From Mytilus trossulus (Eukaryota): DNA of 64,000 nt. Below, in pieces: positions 13,478 through 28,110 of this stretch. Under the pieces are notes generated by a model that saw nothing but the letters and a program-made list of their open reading frames with translations, had not been told where the DNA came from and made no database searches. Position numbers and translations under genes: made by a program. Position 1 is the stretch's first letter, and each line of letters starts with the position of its first letter. The DNA is taken from positions 26,908,001 through 26,972,000 of the forward strand of contig NC_086378.1 of assembly GCF_036588685.1 (NCBI RefSeq), in the 5' to 3' direction.

Positions 13478-16400
13478 TTACAAATAGAAACACATTTCTT
13501 TTGGAAAACAGTGTTCAAAGACAACTGGAACTTTTCTCTTTTCCATTCCTTTAGGATGCGTTGACTCGGAACTCTCGTCGACCTCAAAGTATTTTGAAAC
13601 ATAATAAGTCATATCATTTAAAACACGTAATATATCTATGCAGTTTATCTTGCTACTCTCTTGATCTATACGTTTTATTTGGGTCAATATTGCCTTGTGT
13701 AAAGAATATAACATCCATCCACCAACGCCTTCTCTTCCATAAGAATTTTTCTCTACAAAAAAAATTCATTAACTAGCTATAAGACACGTTCAATCCACCA
13801 TTCTCTACAAAAGAGACTGTCTGTACCAAGTTAGAAATATGACAGTTGTTATCCATTCGTCTGATGTGTAACCTGGCTTTCTTTTTTACTCAGTCGATAT
13901 ATGACTTTTGAACAGCGGTATACTACTGTTACCTTTATTTGAGCTTTTAATTTTGCCATTTGAGCAGGGACATTCATATTTTGAATTTTCCTCGGAGTTC
14001 AGTATTATTGTGATTTTACTTTTTGAAACACCTAGATATATATAAGATGAAATACATGCAACTGTTCCCCTCGATGTTTCTTAAAGTATTTATACCCTGT
14101 GTAAACATTTTGGTTGCATATTTGACGTTTGACGTTGAAGTTAGAGTTTTATCGTCTGCTTTGTCCAATCACAAACTGATATAAACCTAACAAAAGGCAA
14201 GGAGTGACTTGTTAAAAATATTACGATATACTTAAACACTATAATTATGACTTTCGAGTATTTTTTCTCTCTTGTGATATTTTGTGAACATTCGTGCTTA
14301 TTGAACAGCTTGAATAATTTGTGGTAGATTTAACACGTTTATCTTTAAGAAATATATTTACCAGTTCTATGATTGTAATACTCATTTGAGCACAAGAAAT
14401 GCATACAGTCTGATTACATAAATGTTGAGATTGGTCACAATAACTTAATAACAACATGTCTTATGTTGTATCAAACACATATTCCATATATATAATATAT
14501 CTTTTAGATGTCTTTTGGATGTTATGTTGGACAGATAGTGATTACGAAGGGTTAAAAGATCCACACTACCATTGCTTATCTCATGGTTTAAGGGATTCGC
14601 TACTCAATTTCAAAATAACAAGCTTTTCATAACACTAGTATATATTGATATGGGTTTAATACAGGAACAAAAATATGCAAAAAAAATATATAGGTCAATG
14701 TGCTTGTTTTCGATATATATTATATATATAAGCCATTGAAAGTTTGGCGGCAAAATGTTCTCTCTTGAGGTTTTAGAGCTTTATCAATGACAAGTTGAAG
14801 TTCTCAAATACTATTAAAAAAAGATTTTATAAGACTTTCACAGATGCTTTATAATAATGCATATAAAAAAATTATAAAATGAAAAATGGGGCATTGAGCA
14901 TTTTTTTTCAAATTGATAAAACCGAGTATTCCGAAAATCTGCCAACAATCCCTAACCATGCCAGCGAACATCCTTAATGGCTTTTATTTGAACTAAGTTG
15001 TCCTTAAATGAAATTTAATACCATGCATTCATCATGCTTTTCAATAACATATGATCAAATCGCTAAAAGGCCCCCTTCTAAATTATTGAAAACTATCGTT
15101 CTGCATTAATAATAATATCTTGGTGTAAATTAGATACACATATTCGGGCTAACGCATTCAACACACCAAAGCTTGCCCAATACTTATTAACATAAATGGC
15201 ACAATACTACCTGAAGCTGTTGAATAAACGACGAGACAGTCATCTGCACACGGTGGATCTACAACACGTATGATTTCTTTTGGCTTATTTATATTGTAAT
15301 CAAAGAACTTTTTCAGCGCTGCTTTGATACTGAACTCCGTTATGTCCTGGTCTTTAGACATGCTTCCAATCGGATCATTGTCGGTAGGTTTACTTGCACT
15401 TGGTGACACAGTATCTGACGATGTAGCTTCGTTTGTTTGATTTAAAGAATTTTTTACAATACTGCGAACTAAAACTTCATGCCCATGTTCATTGCAGAAC
15501 TCGTCCGGTTTCATCTTTGACCGACATGCCTACAAAGAAAAACTAGCTGTACACTCTTTTAAAGAAAATGTTTATTATCAGAATCATAAGCCAAATTATT
15601 ACAGAATCAATCATACTTCATGCTACTAGCATTGCACGGACTGAAATCAAACATATGTTAAACGATCCAGAACACATAAGCGAAACTGTGTATTTCTCTG
15701 TTCTGGGTGTTCTTACATTTATTTGTACTATATTCCTGTCATGTTATGTTGTCATTTTAGCAGTATATTTAACATTGGTATAAGGCGTGGGGTCGGTTAG
15801 TCACATAACCAGGTTCAACCCAGCATTTTTTCTTAAAACATGTTGTACCATGTCAGGAATGTCCAGTTGTTATCTACATGTTCTATGTATGTTATATTGT
15901 TGTTTGATTTTTGTTGCACTTTAGTGGGTTTTTTTTTCGTTAAACAACTTTGTTTTGTTGTTTGATATCCACTTAAAAAAAAAATAAGCATAGAAGACAA
16001 GACACAAATTAAGTTAGTAAATGGTACGAAGTATATAAACAGATATATGTGGTATGATTGTCAAAGGGAACTATATCCACCACAGTTCAACTGAAGTAAA
16101 TGTAAGCATTATAGCCAACCGTAAGACCTCACAATCAGACAAAGACATAACGTACTGCTATAAAAGGCCTGATATATAAAAAAAAAATGTGAAACAATTT
16201 AAACAAAAAGACGTTTTGGAATATCCGTTTCAAAGATGATAGCGGACATGTTTCTAATGTCGTAACTACAATCCCCTTTCCCGTATGCCATCTTCTGAAT
16301 AAGACTTGTTACTTGGTTAGAACTAACACGAAGGATGAAATAAGTGGAGAAAGATCTACCTTTCGTTCTGGAGCACATGTGATCATTCCAAGTTTTTGGT

Positions 16401-18904
16401 GGGGTTTGTGTTGCTGATTATTCAGTGTTCTATGTTGTGTTTTATGTACTATAGTTTGTCTGTTTTTTTTTTAGTTTTTTGAATTTTCCTTGCTTCGTTG
16501 TTTTCTTTTTAAAGTTTTAAATTGATATATGTATCCCTCGGCTTTAGTAAGAAAGTATAACCCGGATTTGTTTTCTTTCAATCGATTTATGTCTTTTGGA
16601 CACAAGGTATACTAATGTTGCCTTTATTTAGTGATGACGTTGTCAGTCAGTTTATTTTCAACTAATGATTATGAATGTCCACCTGGTATCTTTTGTCTCT
16701 CTATGAAACAATCTACGAAAAACACATTTTATGACTACCACTGAACTACAGAATCCTGACTTAAGACAGGCATATTCAGAACATTGCATGGTTAATCAAG
16801 GTTAGGAAAGTTAAACCCTAAACTTACATGAGACAGCGGTGTAACAGCAAAACATATGAACAAACTGTAAACATGTGTCTCATTCGTCTTAACTAAAACA
16901 ATCAGGGCAATGAAAACGTATATATGTATAGTAAAAATATTAAGGTAAATTCAAGGTGAATTATAAACAGGAGACATTTATAAAAAAAAAATGAAACGTA
17001 ATAAATGAATGGGAAAAGTGAATATATTCACATTGTTAAAGCGGCAGAGATGTTGATTCTAAAGGCAGACTTGTTTCTAACGTACCATATAATTCCCTCA
17101 ATTTCTAACCATTCAAAGATACGAACCTGAATAAAAAACATTTTAGGCTTATCTTGTAATCCCTTAACACCAGCGACTTTTTCAATTATACTTTTCGTTG
17201 TCACCGTATCATTATCAACTCCATAAATACAATGATCTCTGTAATATACTTCAGTAGGCAGGGAATCCACAGGTCTTGGTTTTTCGTTACCATGGCTTCC
17301 AATTATACACGCAAAACAATCTGAATTTTGATGGAATTGTGTCTGCTCGCAGGCTATGAAATGAGCATACATTTTGTTCCATTATTTTCTAGCAGGAATT
17401 TAGGGAATCATAGATTTAATTCAACGTCGTAGTACATAAAACAGTATTATTTTTTGCTGAGTTTTTAAACAAATAAAATATCTTAGAGCTTTGAACGGGT
17501 TATGATTTATCTTGGTTGTAACCGATGACCATTTGTATAAATTCTCTAGGTTTCTTTATATATTCCTCTAATGGTTGACCGATAGACTATAATTATTACG
17601 TCGTTTTGGTTTTGATTGAACATTAAATTGATACATTATTGACGTTCATCCTAGTTGTACCACCTTTTAGCCAGGAGTCATTCACTCACATATGATCTTT
17701 TTAAACTGGCTATCACTAATAAAAAGGCGTTCTAGGTTGCTATTGAAAACATATTTTCAATCTTCCACGTGGCATTTTTTAGACCTATTTCATTGCAATA
17801 CAGCAGTTTTTGAAACATTTTTCCTTTTGCATAATATATGCAGTATCTTTAGACGGTTTAATCGTATGCCTTTTTGTAGTTTCTCTGATATGTGATGTGG
17901 TTTGTTGAATTGAATCCATGTGATTATGGACTTTCCAAATTGATTTTCCTCTGAGTTCAGTATTTTTGTGATTTTACTTTGTACTTATACATTCCGCCAT
18001 TGTGTTATTGTGCTATGTTCAATTTTGGTATTATTGTCTTACACTTTTGCTAATGCGCTTTGTCTACACAGGTACTATTTCTGTATCAAAAATACTGGAA
18101 ATTTACTTTTAATAATCAGTACTATTTTGCTACTTTAAGATTATTGTAATATTTCGACCTGTATTTTACAGTACTTAATTTTAATACACCGTAATATTTT
18201 CAGCATTTTGAAGGTTTATCTATTTCAAATCTCTTACAATTATGATTGTCAATTGGTATTATTTCAGTACCAAAAATGTATAGTACAAATAAACAGCTGT
18301 AACAGACAGGCATCTTAATATTACAATATTTAAGGTACCCGGTAATAGTAATAAATATTATTTCCAGTACAACAGATTTTTAGTACATAAATCGTTCCTA
18401 TGCAGAAGTAGCAGTGTATATGCCTTTTTGTGCCTTTTGTGACCGTTGTTTTTAGTTTGTTTGATGTGTTTGAGCATTTGATTTTTGTCATTTGATTAGG
18501 GTCTTTTCATTTTGAATTTACCTCGGAGTTCAGTATTTTTATTCTACTTTTTTATCAGTACATGAACAATGTATTTTAATAAGTTAGTGATAAATGAGAT
18601 TTTTAATTTCTACCTTTTAGTTTCTGAATTTTCAATAATCAAAATCATCTTACCTATTTCTACAACCCAATTAATCTGTTGTGCAGTCAAATCCTTGAAG
18701 GTTACAACTGTAAAGTTAAGATGTTGTCCAAATGTTTCTTGCATATTTGTTAGTTCATCATCACAGTAATTCCGTTGTTTACAATTTTTGAAGTTTTCAT
18801 TGCTAATTATAATTGCTAAGCCTCTGTAAATGTTGTTACATTCATATTCGTTTTGGTTAGAAGATACACTACGTTTGGATTTCAAAGATCCTGATTTCAA
18901 AATG
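13478..18904 (-). CDS. Caspase paralog A (peptidase C14A, caspase-3/7-like), exons 18904-18654, 17353-17127, 15529-15211, 13752-13478; 5' exon(s) not identified
   Basis: Motifs RGLAIIISNENF, DCFACIIGSHG, KPKMFFIQ|ACRS, DCLVVYST, GGWML. GT-AG introns and phases (2,1,0,1) give an open reading frame. Confidence 0.88.
14588..14977. mobile_element. TTAA-flanked non-autonomous DNA element (Kolobok/piggyBac-like target)
   Basis: ttaagggattcgc ... gcgaacatccttaa are imperfect TIRs bounded by TTAA. Confidence 0.5.
18065..18402. mobile_element. Degenerate MITE in a caspase A intron
   Basis: tacacaggtactatttctgtatcaaaaat is an imperfect inverted match to atttttagtacataaatcgttcctatgca. Confidence 0.45.
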
Positions 18905-19504
18905 CTGAAACATATATACACACATTACATCAGACAGAGTTTGTAATTATACAAAACAAAGTATGCTACAAGTATGTTACATTGGCAACATTGTAAACTA
19001 CATTTGTTCGCAGTAACATAAATTAATAGTTGTTTCCCTCTAGTTGAGTATTTTTCAATTCACTTTGATTATTTTGCATGCTTCCTCTAATTTCTTAATT
19101 TCTGATATTAATCGTGGTTCTTCCAACATGTCCAAATTAATACATACTTTCACTGATTTATTTTACTGATCTTCTTCATAATTGTTCGAAAACTTGTTAC
19201 CATATTTGAAGTACGTATAATATCAAAATAGAAATAAACTATTCAGTAACAGTTACCTGTGATTTTATTGTATTTGGTACTTTATTGTTACTGAACATTT
19301 ACTGCAAAATTCCGATCGGTGGAAATCTTCGACAAGAATATCAGAAACAATTAGTGTAAAAATTTCTGGTATCTGAAAAACATGGTATAAATAACTTAAA
19401 ATACCTTTCAAAAATGTGTCTCATCTCTTCTTTGCTTTTAGTTCTTCCTTAAATGAAAAATATTTCTTTCTCAAAATTGCATAATTATCAAATTACTGAT
19501 CTGT

Positions 19505-19715
19505 ATAATGTTAATTCGGAAATTATTGCGAGGTTATTGTTATTGCGAATAATGCGACTGAGTTGTAAACGCAATAATTAAAACTCGCATTTTGTAATAT
19601 TTTAACTGAATTAAGCATGACTTTTCTCAAAATCGTAAAAATTAAAATCGCATTCAAGTGTAAAATGACAAAATCGCAATAATAAAATCTAGCAATAATT
19701 TCTGAATTTACAGTA
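19505..19715. mobile_element. ~210-bp MITE with TIRs
   Basis: aatgttaattcggaaattattgc ... gcaataatttctgaatttacagta form an inverted pair, with internal tcgca/tgcga motifs. Confidence 0.65.
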
Positions 19716-21129
19716 AAATAATTTAGACTTGATCCACAGAAGTGTAAAACTTATATCTAGTTTTGTTGATGTTGACGATTATATCTTCATTGACCTCCAG
19801 ATTTCATATTTTTCTTTTGTCGAATAGCTGTCTTATTGATATATACATGTATGTATTTATTCATATAATTAGGATTATAAACTTGTAAATCTTTTATATG
19901 TTGTTTTTTTTTTTTATTTATTAGGGTTTTCGGTGAATAATCTGTATTTTATATATTTTATCTAAGCTTCTCTCTTCCCACGTTTGATATTCAAGTATGA
20001 CACATTTTTTTTTTTACCAAAACTATTTTCGTTGCCAGAATTCGTTCTCTCTAATGATATTGTAAAACAGAAATTTATCTAGTGAATTTTATTACAAACA
20101 AGTGAATCTCCTTACACATAATCTCATCACATGCATTATCTCTACGTGTGTTTTATTTTTCTATCCTGGCGATTCATGAGATCCGAAAACATATTGTGTA
20201 TTATACCTTACAATAAAAAAGCAGCTATATAATTGTTTTGTTCATGCCTCATTAGTGCGAAACGTTATAGTTATTTTATTCCAAGTTCATCCTGATCCTT
20301 CATATGAGTATATCTGTCCAGTTATAGTCTTTGAAATTCACATTATCTTGAAGTATTTTGTAATATCCCTGTCTGTGTTTAACTAAAGATATACACATTT
20401 AGACAGACTGTTGTGGAATGATTTCTTAAACTAATCATCATAGTACAGGCCATAGACGACATATTCTATAATGAAACGGACATTCGGACTTTAACAGGAC
20501 AAATTCCAACTACTGGAATTTGTTAGTTCATTTTGGTGTTCTTTTACAAATGTTGGGGAATGATGAAACTATGTGAACGAGTGCTATTCTACGGAACCAA
20601 TAATTGATTCAGTTATTTCAACCAATATTAAGTGAATCCTCAGGTCATGCAGGTAAATATCTCGACTCGAAATTATGCTCATTGTTCCCGTACGACACTG
20701 TGATCCTTCTATACAAATGTGCGTAGTCTCAGGAATATAACACGAAGTTTTTTGTTGTTGTTCTTTTTTTTCTCTCTTTATAAATATATGTTCGCACAAT
20801 TCGCCATTTTAGATACAACCCTAATTCTCAACACCTTTTGTTTTAGCTGTTCATATGTGGGTAAAGTACATTTATTTGAAAGCTGTTTAACAGAATGAAC
20901 CCACCTCCTGTACTGCCTTCATCTCTAGGCGGGTTTTAGAAGGTTGTTCTCTGATAAATTTACTTTCACATCATTAATATGTAAAATTGCAATGCACATC
21001 AAAGTTCTTTATGTAATGTACAAATTCATTAAAAATTCAATTTAGTTCCTGACGATATAATACTTAGGGTTTGCCATACATTTATATGTCTTTTTTATAA
21101 ACGATTGTCATACAATGAAACTATCAGAC

Positions 21130-23733
21130 CTAGTGCGATTAGAGGTCGGTCATTTAAAGACGTATTAACCGTATCGTTTACGCAGATCTGCATCTGCCTG
21201 CAGATTTATCAAAAACAGTATGTGATCTCGAGCTTTTATTTTATGTACTTTCAATAATGCAAATGAGCAACTGATTAATTTCTAATGCAAAAAATTAACA
21301 AAACAATTAGGAAATATCAGGTTTTTATGGAACATGTAATCCCATTTTTAGCTCACCTGGCCCAAAGGGCCAAGTGAGCTTTTCTCGTCACTTTGCGTCC
21401 GGCGTCCGGCGTCCGGCGTCCGTCGTCCGTCGTCCGTCGTCCGGCGTTAGCTTTTACAAAAATCTTCTCCTCTGAAACTACTGGGCCAAATCAAACCAAA
21501 CTTGCCCACAATCATCAATGGGGTATCTAGTTTAAAAAATGTGTGGCGTGACCCGGTCAACCAACCAAGATGGCCGCCACGGCTAAAAACAGAACATAGG
21601 GGTAAAATGCAGTTTTTGGCTTATAACTCAAAAACCAAAGCATTTAGAGCAAATCTGACATGGGGTAAAAATGTTTTTCAGGTCAAGATCTATCTGCCCT
21701 GAAATTTTCAGATGAATCGGTCAATCGGTTGTTGGGTTGCTGCCCCTGAATTGGTAATTTTGAAGAAATTTTGCTGTTTTTGGTTTTTATCTTGAATATT
21801 ATTATAGATAGAGATAAACTGTAAACAGCAATAATGTTCAGCAAAGTAAGATCTACAAATAAGTCAGCATGACCAAAATGGTCAGTTGATCCGTTTAGGA
21901 GTTATTGCCCTTTATAGTCAATTTTTAACCATTTTTCGTAAATTAAAGTAATCTTTTACAAAAATCTTCTTCTCTGAAACTACTGGGCCAAATTAATCCA
22001 AACTTGGCCACAATCATCTTTGGGGTATCTAGTTTAAAAAATGTGTGGCGTGACCTGGTCAACCAACCAAGATGGCCGCCACCGCTAACAATAGAACATA
22101 GGGGTAAAATGCATTTTTTGGCTTATAACTCAAAAACCAAAGCATTTTGAGGAATCTGACATGGGATAAAAATGTTTATCAGGTCAAGATCTATCTGCCC
22201 TGAAATTTTCAGATGAATCGGTCAATTGGTTGTTGGGTTGCTGCCCCTGAATTGGTAATTTTGAGGAAATTTTGCTGTTTTTGGTTATTATCTTGAATAT
22301 TATTATAGATAGAGATAAATTGTAAACAGCAATAATGTTCAGCAAAGTAAGATCTACAAATAAGTCAAAATGACCAAAATGGTCAGTTGACCCCTTTAGG
22401 AGTTATTGCCCTTTATAGTCAATCTTTAACCATTTTTCATAAATCTAAGTAATCTTTTACAAAATCTCCACTGAAACTACTAGGCCACAATCATCTTTGG
22501 GGTATCTAGTTTGAAAAATGTGTCCGATGACCTGGCCATTCAACCAAGATGGCCGCCACGGCTAAAAATAGAACATAGGGGTAAAATGCAGTTTTTTGCT
22601 TATAACTATGAAACCAAAGCATCTAGAGCAAATCTGACAAGAAGTTAAATTGTTAATCAAGTCAATATCTATCTGCCCTGAATTTTTCAGATGAATTGGA
22701 CAACTGGTTGTTGGGTTGCTGCCCTCCAATTGGTAATTTTTTAAGAAATTTTGCCGTTTTTGGTTATCTTCAATACTATTATAGATAGCGATAAACTGTA
22801 AACAGCTATAATGTTCAGCAAAGTAAGATCTACAAATAAGGCAACATGACCTAAATGGTCAATTGACCCCTTAAGGAGTTATTGCCCTTTATAGTCAATT
22901 TTTAACAATTTTCATTAATTTGGTAAATTTATGTAAATTTTTACCAAATATAGTTCTCTGTTACTAATGGGCAAAGTTCATGATAGATATAATTGTAAGA
23001 AGCAAAATCGTTCAGTAAAGTAAGAACTTCAAACACATCACCATCACCAAAATACAATTTTGTCATGAATCCATTTGTGTCCTTTGTTTAATATGCACAT
23101 AGACCAAGGTGAGCGACACAGGCTCTTTAGAGCCTCTAGTTAAAGATATTCCGGATAGTTGGAACAGTTTACAGGCATGATTGGAGTGAATACGGTAAAA
23201 TCATTTATTTGTGTGCTTACTTGTGCTCACGTAGAACCAAATTGTTATTTGACTAAAAGAGTGATACTTGTTTAACTGTTTTATTAAATGTACATGTATT
23301 TATTATTTTATATGACATCTAAAGACAACTTGTGTTTCTATTACTTCTTATGATAACATCGCAAATGAACAATATTCAAAGTTCCTTACATGTATATAAG
23401 TAGTACATTTGATTTTTGTTTGTGTTTATTAATGTAAGATCTTGAAATATTTTTTAAGTAGATTATTACATGTATTTAGGGATTGTGTACGATATTCGCG
23501 TACATACCATACATTGGCTCCCTTTGAAGGCATGTAAAAGTAGTTGATAGACCCCCTTATTATTATTTTTACAAAACACCACCGATGCAAGGTGAATTTT
23601 AATTTTTTCGAACGTAAAGTGTTCTTAAGCTCGGGATCGCATACTTCTTTTTGATAAATCTGCAGATGTAGATACGTCAACGTATACGATACAGTTGATA
23701 CGTTTTTAAATGACCGACCTCTAATTAAACTAG
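21130..23733. mobile_element. Old DNA element with ~105-bp inverted repeats (21130-21233 / 23629-23733) hosting a nested HINE
   Basis: ctagtgcgattagaggtcggtcatttaaagacgtat...tctcgagc is an imperfect reverse complement of gctcgggatc...tgaccgacctctaattaaactag. Confidence 0.7.
21346..23141 (+). mobile_element. Helentron-associated non-autonomous element (HINE/pearl-like) with three ~500-bp core repeats
   Basis: T-run, then subTIR gctcacct, hairpin ggcccaaagggcc, (cgtc)n microsatellite, core units starting aaaatct..ctgaaactact at ~21459, ~21961 and ~22461, then 3' subTIR aggtgagc and hairpin ggctctttagagcc. Confidence 0.85.
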
Positions 23734-26479
23734 TTAACAACCATCACTCTCTGATTGAAACTGCACGTTCACAATCAGGAATTTCAATTTATTAGAAGGT
23801 TACTAGTATACTTAGTATTAAAAAGCTTTTTCAATTAGATGGGACCTTTAGAAGAAAACAAATTTTTATTTGTGATGTAATAATGGCCCTACCTTTAACC
23901 GTTCCTTCGTATGTGTTTGTCGCCATTACAAGGAAGAAATACTTGATATTATACTACTAATATACTCTTGTATACTTAATGGAAAATATCTAACGTAATT
24001 GTTTCCGTTCATAGATTATTTGTATTTATAGCTTAAAGACATTGTGATTTTTTTTCATTTATAAAACTTATAATCCTTCTACTTTTGATAACTTTTTTTT
24101 CATATATGAATAATCAGTCGAAAAAAAGAATGCATGATTGGCCCGTGCAAACGCAAATTTTAACATAAGGTGTATTGTTCCTTGTCATCGAACTATGAAT
24201 GCCCAGTAGACTTTCTAATATGTTTAAGTTTTAATTCTTTTTGCTGTATGAATATCTGAAGAGGAATAAGGGTAAACGCAAATGAGTAATTGGTACAACT
24301 ACCTTAAATGTAATTTGTATTAAAATTAAAAATCGAAAAAATGCATTTGTTTCTTTTATTGTCTGATATTGTCTCTTTTATTGTCTGAAATATTACTGAT
24401 TGGAAAAAATAAGCCGGTGACTCTATGATTATTTTACATCAGTATACAGACATTCGTGTACCAACAACATATAGTTTTTTAATTTGAGATTTTATAATAT
24501 GAAGACATATATATCTTTTATAAAAAAAGTCATATACGTTTTTCAATTACTTTATTTGCTTTCTTTACAAATATTCACCTATTTCAAAATAATTCAATAA
24601 TTTTTATTTTAAAGGTTCAAAAGATAAAAGCACTATTTTTTTCGATTTTAAGTTGAAGTTCAAAGAGTCAACGATGCATGTAAAATTCTACCAAAACCTG
24701 TAACATTAATTGTAACTTGGCCTTAACAGAGAAAAAATATACGAAATCGTTAGTCAAACCCCAGTAGTTGGTGAAAATATTTATATAAGGGAAACAATTA
24801 TACTCTAGAATTATACTTACTTGTCATGATACCATAGATTTCATGTCCGATGCTTCCTTGTTGATTCGAACTTATTTTAAGTCACTGTGCCTAAACCACA
24901 CCGGCAAAAATTGTTCGGACTCGATGGTGTCTAACATCCACCACAATGACGGAACATCAATAGACAGAAGAAAGATAGGTTTCTCCATATTTTTTTCATG
25001 CATATTTTGTAGTTGCTGTTAAGGTATAAGGTTTTGACATTTTCGATGCTATATTCTCCCTTTTAATTGTAATCATAAAATGATAGTATGGATCCAAAGC
25101 TATGTACTGATAATTTGGGATTTGTCAGTAAAAAATAGACATGGAAAGTTCTTGCCGGTTTGTTGTAAGTTAAGTTATTCTTACCTCACATTTTTTGTTG
25201 TAAACAAGATATAAGCCTGGCTATTCGATTGAATTAAAAATACGACCAATACGAGTAAAAAAAAAAAGCAAGCAATTTTTATCCAAATATTTGGTTGATA
25301 TGTATAAGGGGAAGTGAGGGGTTATGAATCAACAAGAGGCTAAGAATGAGTTTGAAATACCAACGATTTAATGAATGACGGTCAACAAATGGAGACATCA
25401 AGGCCACACCCAGCAGACAGGTTGCAGTCTGGTCTTGCATTTTTTTTTTACATATAATAGGTCGGTGAAACAGACGTTCTGGTTAGACTTAATAATTCTG
25501 TTGGAAATTTTCGTTTCCAATAGCAAAAAAGTGGACAAGATTTTTGTTTTCAATCCTGATACGAACAGAATTTGTGTTTAAGGCAAAAAATCAGAGTCTC
25601 TCAAATATCTAAGACTGTCTCCTCAAATCAGATGGTTCGTACTCACGACTTTACATATATCTAGAGCTTACACTGATTGGGGATCAATATTTAGCCATGT
25701 TATTTTAAAATAGGCTGGGGCGTTTGGGGTTTAACATGTTTTTGAAGTTAGATAATATTGATGTGGATCTTTTTTTCATGAGAGTGTAATAGTCTATAGA
25801 GTATTACTTTCTGTTTGATGGAATAGTGAACAAGAAGTCAATACGTTCTTGCTCAATCTTGTGTCGCTTTGAAGGTGTCGTGATTATCATCCTCAGCCTA
25901 TGCAATGTGTTACTGTAATTTGAATTTCAAAATGACTGAGCGACGCTTTTTTCGACGCGCTGGTGAACTCCAACCATAGCGTTCATATGACTTTGATAAT
26001 CAGTAAATTCCATCAAAATTTCTTTATAAGTAAAGAATTGTCACCTAAAAATTAAATACTAGAGTACACGGGAAACGGCAAAGTTCCGACTAAGTCTAGT
26101 CTGATCAATCATTTTACAACTAAAAATAAAAAAAAGTCCTAGCAAAGGGGGCGTACGCCCTCCGCGCCCCATCTGGATCCGCCACTGAACACGGAGATGG
26201 CAAAACTAGTCATTATGAGCATCGCAATACTTGTATTTCTGTGTATGGAACGAAAGAAATGGGTCATGTCAAATTAAAATAAACCAGTTTTGTCAATTTT
26301 GTTTACTACATAATCACCCGGTTTTGTCTATCACTGGTATTAAAGAGATAATCGTAACTGCAATTACGATTATCCCAATATGGCGACGGCATATATAGGT
26401 AAAATCTTTACAGTCAATTTACTTAAATGTAGCATGTTTTCGTCACTAGTTACTCAGCTGCAAGGTTTTTCTATACCAT

Positions 26480-26829
26480 TATAAGTTATATGGTTCGCTA
26501 CTGACCCCATATGGATCCAAAGAGGGTTAGTAAAATCCATAGGGGGTGAGGCCGGAGGCCGAGTCCCCTATGAATTTTATTCACCCTCTATGGATCCGTA
26601 GGGGGTCAGTAGTTAACCGTATAACGAATTTATCGGACGCTGGAGTTTTTTTGCGGCGTTCTGTTGAAAAATAAACAATGAAACACAACAACATTAATAG
26701 ATGACGTCGCCATTAACGCGTCATGAACCCCATATGAAACTTACTAACCCCATACGGTCTCATAGGGGGTCACCACGTGACGGCGTTTAACCAATCACAA
26801 CGTGCTTATTCATCTGTGGTCCGATAATA
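26480..26829. mobile_element. Non-autonomous element with a ~140-bp foldback hairpin plus IR ttatcggac/gtccgataa (possibly Crypton-like)
   Basis: 26485-26625 is an imperfect palindrome centred on gaggccggaggccgag; IR at 26630 and 26819. The family assignment is inference. Confidence 0.55.
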
Positions 26830-27299
26830 CATCATATTTGAATCGTAACAGTGCACTGGAATTGTCTAAGCGCTTTTAAAATTGGCGTTGAAAAATTCGG
26901 GATGATAATCGTAACTCTAAAGAATTTTTCTTGTTTGATAATCGTAATTCCTTTACCGGATAATAGTAACTGAAAAATTAAATGTGTCTTTCAGCATTTC
27001 AATGGTATTGTGTGTATTAAAATGCAAATGAACAGTTAATTGATGAAATTAACGGAAAATTAAAAAAAAATTAAGAAACTTACAGGTTAATATTTTAGAC
27101 AAATTTACTTATATGTCTCTCGATTTATTGGCGTTTTTTTTTTTACAAAACCGTGATTTCTTGTCCCGACCACTTTAAAAAAAATGTTTTTGATCTTTAC
27201 AAGTAATTTTTGTGCAGTCAGTACATTGAATTAGATTTAACATTTTTAAAGCAAAGAAACATAATATTTTGAGAGGGACTAATAAGCTATGGATTCCAG

Positions 27300-27987
27300 G
27301 GGTCTGTTGTACAACTTGTCGTTAGTGCTAACGAGTCGTTAAAATTTCTTAATCATTCGATTAAATTTAATCATAGGATTAGTGTGTTGTTCAACTTGCC
27401 GTTAATTTTAACGCGTCGTTAAAAATGCTTAAACTGTCGTCAAACTTAATCGACCTCTTTGAGGTGTATTAAATCTTAATCATATGATTAAGACATTAAA
27501 AATGGCTGCCATTGCTATGTTATATCTACCAGGAGTTAGAAGAGAAAATCATTATAGAGGTTTTAATCCATTGACTAAAGATTTTAGTGACGAGGAACTA
27601 CGACAAAGGTACAGGTTTGGAAGAGAAAGCATTGAATTTATAGCCAATGAGTTGAGAGCAGACTTGGAGAGAAATACGAGAAAAAGAACAGCCTTGTCAG
27701 TTGAAGAACAAGTCATGATTGCCCTTCGTTTTTATGGGAGTGGAAGCCAGCTGCAAGTGGTCGGAGATACTATGGGCTATGACAAGTCTACTGTGTCACG
27801 AGTAGTTAGAGATGTTACCGACGCCTTGGTAGATAGGAAAGACCAGTACATAAAATGGCCTACAGAAAGACAGAAAAATATAAACAAACGTGTTTTTTAT
27901 GAAAAAGCTGGGTTTCCTAATGTTATCGGATGTATAGATGGGACACACGTACATATACAAGCACCTACCGAAGATATACCTAGATAA
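27300..27987 (+). pseudogene. 3'-truncated PIF/Harbinger transposon: left end plus N-terminal half of a HARBI1-like DDE transposase (27484/27502-27987)
   Basis: [44 protein letters not shown]; the ORF stops just after the first catalytic Asp. Upstream are gggtctgttgtacaac (after CAG) and repeated subterminal motifs. Confidence 0.85.
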
Positions 27988-28110
27988 AAGCAACGTTAAC
28001 ACGGATCTGAACGTTGTCTTTCGAAAGAATTTAAATAAATGTTTATTGTAAAGTAAACTTGGCGTGTTTAAATTTATTTAAAACGAGCACTTTTGGACAT
28101 AAGTAATTAT

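Noticed and set aside
19257-21030. Possible upstream exons or a CARD prodomain for caspase A
   Set aside because: Candidate exon 19372-19257 has good splice sites but its ATG frame ends in phase 0, whereas phase 2 is needed. The other segments contain stops and no convincing death-fold motif.
27484-27987. Domesticated host HARBI1 gene
   Set aside because: It is truncated after the first catalytic Asp, no downstream exon is evident, and a transposon-like end lies upstream.
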